A DNA stretch of 64,000 nt from an uncultured virus (IMG/VR IMGVR_UViG_3300005083_000004) (lineage: Duplodnaviria > Heunggongvirae > Uroviricota > Caudoviricetes): the IMG/VR virus record IMGVR_UViG_3300005083_000004, one strand, 5' to 3'. Each line of letters begins with the position of its first letter. Position 1 is the stretch's first letter. A model generated the notes under the pieces. That model made no database searches and was not told the origin of the DNA. It was given only the letters and a program-made list of their open reading frames with translations. Positions 60,201 to 64,000 of the stretch are shown here, one piece after another. The position numbers and the translations under genes were made by a program.

Positions 60201-60532
60201 TCTGGAATATAAACCTCTAATACTAATGGCAATGTTGCTGGAACAGCTGTATCATATCCTAAATCATAATTGGCTGCTCTAGCATATATCGATTCATCTA
60301 ATATTGCTTTATTAATCAAAGATTCATTTAATGCTAGAACATTACCAAACATTCCATCTTCCATGATATTTGCTAAATATTCACTTATTATACCTATTTC
60401 CCCAATATTCAATTGGTTAACAGGTATATTTGGAAAATATTTTGGAAGAAGAATATTCATTAAATAATTTTTTGCATTTGCATTATCAATATTATTACGA
60501 ATAACATTTTCGCCTAAATATTCGATCCCCAT
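57227..60532 (-). CDS. Baseplate wedge protein (T4 gp6/baseplate J-like)
   Basis: 1101 aa; NESLINKAILDESIYARAANYDLG, YTCNG, SSGGMDQPDVEMVRQ match the gp6/J layout. Confidence 0.65.
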   Translation of the reverse strand: MGIEYLGENVIRNNIDNANAKNYLMNILLPKYFPNIPVNQLNIGEIGIISEYLANIMEDGMFGNVLALNESLINKAILDESIYARAANYDLGYDTAVPATLPLVLEVYIPDILNNSIGNVIYIDKDTKITVGDYIFSLDYDITIRYLYINGLIRFETEYIIDYPNSISDIKTKYIQNSVSDKWLLLFINGREYTRTYQEEIITNNQVFTAEPIDLTYSNQLAGFDALYTDSNGHVTMMTQKYKYSKGLLTPFLYKIMHNEQTIRVSFSNVKKYWTPVYNSKINFTIYTCNGDTSNFIVNDDIEVSVTRTGDRYISNENLKMVAIPYSASSGGMDQPDVEMVRQETINAMNTAHVLSSDNDIQRYFDTYSQRTGVSVFFFKRRDDPMGRMFAMFSMISRNGYLFPTLTSRVYYNGNNTLNSVNGYSYSTGTSIITTLKSGNIWKYYDDGNCNYMPLSWNTTYSRDSLAMISGLNMSQFNNADNILPSSDVDMQRAWVNPFIIQFSESPNVVNMYNPLTTHESILIQEDSNEGTLEHFILNKITIYRNITSPSYHITIKLGGTLDDSFFNANDTNQDFHYAYPTDKDNTFSFNFANPPGSSTPINPSSSTFSFELTAYIQTIYGKEPKLGFTVYNTDPSVSIMNNKYIYDTIKEWIPITNDTFPLKVVVSVGILDYEYAYLELMCTERTSDNVYTYEGDIYTTDVASIDPLSGLNRIQLSPQAGIYGLRAITLDAEGKVYMESEQCRLRVYTLCKSIGSGEFIPDPALAQQSDFTTFNDGGINWSYGYPVDPSVFGTALTSHYSGTPTENSTYFDTHTGVTYRYYPATNRWRAYGAPAKFGDPLFRGFFETDYFKNEYEDLYFMRLMIQMRSTLTFISTKIYTFGLVPFIRYDIAVDQDNLQYVIYEMNAIYESISHLMSDRLMENTMIDFKLYNTSGRSSFAYISTSEVNEPDQKLRSLRLASVTLRVKFSLGVHREDEYLSTVEDVKKSIREQIELINSADIANVYISNIIRNLELNIENVKYLIFNGIDSLILDGSTDMSTFLATDYDDHGQLYYYTSYPSKYQIISVISPNVDDLSELEMQLYVPERIVCSDIVITHSD

Positions 60533-60682
60533 TAAAATAATCTCCTTTTATCAACTATTATTACGTTATTACTCAAGTTTTACGAACATATTTTATTTAT
60601 ATTTGAATTTTATTTAAAATTATATATTATATTAATATAAAAATAACGTATACGTTAATTTATTATGAGGAGAAATATTATA

Positions 60683-61960
60683 ATGGAAAAAAAATCTTTT
60701 GATAAAAATAAATCATTAACTGATATATCTCTGATGGCAGATTTAAGATCAGACGATAAAGACAATATATTTTGTAGCGATGTTAGTGTCGCATCATTTT
60801 TAACAGGTTTTCCTGTTTTAGATTATAATTTGGGATATGTCATCGCAGTTCGCGGAAATGATGGAACAATTTCAAATTATAAGATAGCAAAAGGAATAGT
60901 CGCTGGTTCATATAATTTATTTTGTGGACGTAGTGGTGTTGGGAAATCAAGTTGGGTCATTCAGATATCAGCAAATATTATTAGACCATATCGAAATGGT
61001 GGAATTTATCACTTTGATGTTGAACAAGCTACTACACCAACAAGAATTCAACAACTAGCAAAATTAGACATTTCAGATTTTGATCCAAATAATGAAAATG
61101 CTCGGTATATATTAAAACAAGGAGCATGTGATAGTTCTGTTATTCAAAAAACGATTGCTAAATTTTATAAAAAGAAAACTTCATATCCTGAAAAGTATCA
61201 GTTTAAAACAAATCAAATTGATGAATTTGGAAGATCAATAGTATCATATGAACCTACTATTATCATTATAGATAGTATTCCAATGTTAGCTTCAGTATTA
61301 GATGTAGATAATGTTAAAGATGCAAAAAAAATGGATGATATAGATAGTAATACTGCAGGTGCAGCATATGCTAAACAATTTAAATCAGTAATGAGAAAAT
61401 CATTACCATTAATGAAAGAAGCAAATATAATCATATTAGGAGTAACGCATATTAATAAAAAAATTGAAATTAATCCTATGATACATACTGAAAAAGATAT
61501 GAGAGGATTAGGTCAAGATGAAGTATTGATGGGTGGTGATGCAGTTAAATATGGAGCCACAAATATCATTAAATTAAGTGCTAAATCAGGGAAATATTTA
61601 ATTGATGAAGGAGATGGATTTAATGGTTTTGATAGTTATGTGACCATAGTTAAATCACGAACTACTCAAGATGGTCGCGGTTTTTCAATGATATATGATC
61701 AAAATACAGGTATGGATACATTAAGATCAACAATAGTTTGGGCAAAACAGAATGGAATTGTCGATGGCAACCGTAATAAAATGAGGTTTGTTGATGAACC
61801 ATCGACAACTTTTAGTATGATAAATATATATAAAGATTTTAATGAAAAACCAGAATTCAAAGAATGTATGAAGAAATTTATTTATCCAAAATTAGAAAAT
61901 ATTCCGGTTAAACCATCAATCGATGTTATGGAATATAATAGTTTGTTATTGGATTATTAG
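60683..61960 (+). CDS. RecA/UvsX-like recombinase
   Basis: Likely start ATG 60683 after GAGGAG; TGFPVLDYNLG, Walker A GRSGVGKS, FDVEQA, IIIDSI, GGDAVKYGA, VKSR. Confidence 0.88.
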   Translation: MEKKSFDKNKSLTDISLMADLRSDDKDNIFCSDVSVASFLTGFPVLDYNLGYVIAVRGNDGTISNYKIAKGIVAGSYNLFCGRSGVGKSSWVIQISANIIRPYRNGGIYHFDVEQATTPTRIQQLAKLDISDFDPNNENARYILKQGACDSSVIQKTIAKFYKKKTSYPEKYQFKTNQIDEFGRSIVSYEPTIIIIDSIPMLASVLDVDNVKDAKKMDDIDSNTAGAAYAKQFKSVMRKSLPLMKEANIIILGVTHINKKIEINPMIHTEKDMRGLGQDEVLMGGDAVKYGATNIIKLSAKSGKYLIDEGDGFNGFDSYVTIVKSRTTQDGRGFSMIYDQNTGMDTLRSTIVWAKQNGIVDGNRNKMRFVDEPSTTFSMINIYKDFNEKPEFKECMKKFIYPKLENIPVKPSIDVMEYNSLLLDY

Positions 61961-62150
61961 TAAGGAAGATAAGTGGATAGATTTAGGAATATGATACTTT
62001 GGTTAATTAACAAAAGATTTTACCCAAGATTTAAAGGGAGATTAAGTCTCCCCTTCTTTTTTAAAAAAATAATTATATATTATCTATACACAAATAAAGA
62101 AAAAGATACTATCTTTATTTATTATCCCTACTAAATAAGGAATAACATCT

Positions 62151-62274
62151 AAACAAAATCCAAATTCTAATATTTGGTATGAAAAAACAAAGGAGGAAAT
62201 ACCTATGACTTCAATTAAACAGAATCCAAATTCTAGTACTTTGTATGAAAAAACAAAGGAGGAAATACCTATGA
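62151..62274 (+). repeat. 66-bp-period tandem duplication containing RBS+ATG
   Basis: 62151-62208 vs 62217-62274, both ending GTATGAAAAAACAAAGGAGGAAATACCTATGA. Confidence 0.9.
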
Positions 62275-64000
62275 TTGACAATCATCCAGTTTTAAATGAA
62301 CATGTGTTAACTGGTTTAAACCTGATTACCAAAGAAGAATATTCAAATTTAGTAAATTTTGTATTTAATAAAATAGCAAATATATTAGAGAAATCTTATG
62401 GACCATTCGGGTCCCATACAATTATTAATAAAGCGAACTATCAATTTGCGACCAAAGATGGATATCGAATATTAATGCATACATTATTTGAAGGAGATAA
62501 ATTTTATCGAATTATCCATAAACAATTATTCGACGTATGTGAAAAACTGAACAATCGGGTAGGCGATGGTACAACGACAGTAATATTACTATCAAGATTA
62601 CTCAATAATGTTTTTAATGAAGATTTGAAAGTTTTTATTGAAGAAGATCCAGTAGGCTACCATAGGCAGCCAAAAGCTATTATGGAAGCGTTTGAACAAG
62701 CTGTTGAAACTGTATGTAAAAAAATTGATCAACGAGCAAGAGAATGCTCAATTGATGATATTTATAATATAGCAATGATTGCTACAAATTCAGATCAAAA
62801 GATTAGTGCAATTATCAGTGAATTATACAAAAAACATGAAGATCCCGATATTCAATTATTAGAAGATTCTCAATTTGGTATCAGATACGAGACTAGAGAT
62901 GGGTTAAAAGTTCCATTATATTTAATGGACGGCGTTTATATCAATAATACTGTTGAACAAACATGTGATATTCATGACGCAAATGTCATTATATTCAATC
63001 ATAAAATTGGAGATATGGCATATAATAACATAATTTATCTATTAGAACAAGAATTTGCTTTGACAAATAAAAGATTAGTTGTTATTGCTCCTGCGTATGA
63101 GGAAAGTTTCCTCTCCGGAAAATGGAGAAGAGATGCAGCAGATCAATTACGACATAATGGATCGATTCGTACAGTATTGGTAAAATACAATCCAACAATA
63201 TTAGGTTCAGCAGGGGCAAGTGATTTATCAATATTTGTTGATACAAATCCGATTGACACCGAGTTGGTCAAAACATTTTCTTCTGATATGAATATTATAT
63301 TTGAAAATAATAGATTTTATATCACAAATAAATATTCATATCAACTACCAATCGGATATATCGGCACTGCCCGATTCGGTATAGAAAATTCATATTTGGA
63401 AGGATTAAAACCTAATGAATTATTATTAGCAGCTCAACAAGAAAAAGCTCGTATAGAATATGAGCAAATAGAGGAAAATCTCACTACATCAGAAAAAGAA
63501 TTCTCTTCAAAATTATCTAATGCGAAAAAACGATATAATCGATTACTGATGAAGACGTGTACTATTTATTATGGTGCACCGACAGATCTTGAAAGAGAAA
63601 ATCTGCACGACTGCATTGAAGATGCCATTAAAGCTTGTGAATCAGCAAAACGATCAGGCATAGTTCAATCACAGCATCTTGAGTTAATACAAGTATTGTC
63701 AAGTATACAATATGATCCATCACTAGTAACAGAGCAAGAATATATTGAAGAATATACAAAATATGGATGGTGGAAACAATTTGCTATATATGTAATGTTC
63801 AAAGCAACATCTCAGTTAGTATATTCATTATACAAAACAAATAAATTATTAGAGTTGGATGTTGAAGATAATTTAAATCAATATCATAAACAAAATCCAA
63901 TATTAAATAAATTAAGAGAACTTGATCAAAAATATTTTGATATATTTTCATTAAATTTAACTCCATCCGACAATATTAAACATCGTCTCCGATATATGGA
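62205..64000 (+). CDS. GroEL-like chaperonin (3'-truncated by the window; absent from the ORF track)
   Basis: Manual translation: KSYGPFG, ATKDGYRIL, VGDGTTT, IAMIATN, YGAPTDLERENLHDCIEDAIKACESA; starts at ATG 62205 or 62271. Confidence 0.88.
   Translation, partial: MTSIKQNPNSSTLYEKTKEEIPMIDNHPVLNEHVLTGLNLITKEEYSNLVNFVFNKIANILEKSYGPFGSHTIINKANYQFATKDGYRILMHTLFEGDKFYRIIHKQLFDVCEKLNNRVGDGTTTVILLSRLLNNVFNEDLKVFIEEDPVGYHRQPKAIMEAFEQAVETVCKKIDQRARECSIDDIYNIAMIATNSDQKISAIISELYKKHEDPDIQLLEDSQFGIRYETRDGLKVPLYLMDGVYINNTVEQTCDIHDANVIIFNHKIGDMAYNNIIYLLEQEFALTNKRLVVIAPAYEESFLSGKWRRDAADQLRHNGSIRTVLVKYNPTILGSAGASDLSIFVDTNPIDTELVKTFSSDMNIIFENNRFYITNKYSYQLPIGYIGTARFGIENSYLEGLKPNELLLAAQQEKARIEYEQIEENLTTSEKEFSSKLSNAKKRYNRLLMKTCTIYYGAPTDLERENLHDCIEDAIKACESAKRSGIVQSQHLELIQVLSSIQYDPSLVTEQEYIEEYTKYGWWKQFAIYVMFKATSQLVYSLYKTNKLLELDVEDNLNQYHKQNPILNKLRELDQKYFDIFSLNLTPSDNIKHRLRYM

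Noticed and set aside
1..64000. Stop-codon reassignment (alternative genetic code)
   Set aside because: Conserved genes are full length under code 11, and TAA, TAG and TGA all end genes sensibly
1..64000. Phage nucleus shell/tubulin (ChmA/PhuZ) or uracil-DNA claim
   Set aside because: No recognisable gene for these in this window, and base modification cannot be read from sequence

Overview
Very AT-rich, gene-dense 64 kb segment of a jumbo myophage of the phiKZ/AR9-like type. Evidence: split multisubunit RNAP beta' C-terminal subunit, T4 gp20-like portal, sheath and tube, gp25-like and gp6-like baseplate proteins, large terminase, DnaB-like helicase, GyrA/ParC, UvsX/RecA and a GroEL-like chaperonin that runs off the right end. 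The host is probably an anaerobic Firmicute (Amidase_2+SH3 endolysin, CHAP, NrdG, strong AGGAG RBSs). The standout locus is 40.3-50.8 kb. It encodes a CXXX-repeat-target radical SAM/SPASM maturase whose CxxxCxxC motif appears interrupted by two back-to-back inteins, a small accessory-like protein, and two large Cys-rich CXXX-repeat proteins (about 593 and 466 aa), interleaved with two paralogous tail-fibre-like genes. This suggests a phage-encoded post-translational modification system acting on virion appendages. Other oddities: a diverged, +1-frame duplicate of the tail-tube C-terminus directly behind its stop codon; a PPK1-like polyphosphate kinase fused to two further modules that each have their own in-frame RBS/ATG; a formate-channel + NrdG + PQ-loop + ThyX-like cluster; a class 3 intein in the helicase; and recurrent promoter/leader motifs. 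All family calls come from motif recognition by eye, with no database search. Assembly Ns at 25857-25934, 34447-34448, 41824-41829 and 42273-42274 limit certainty locally.
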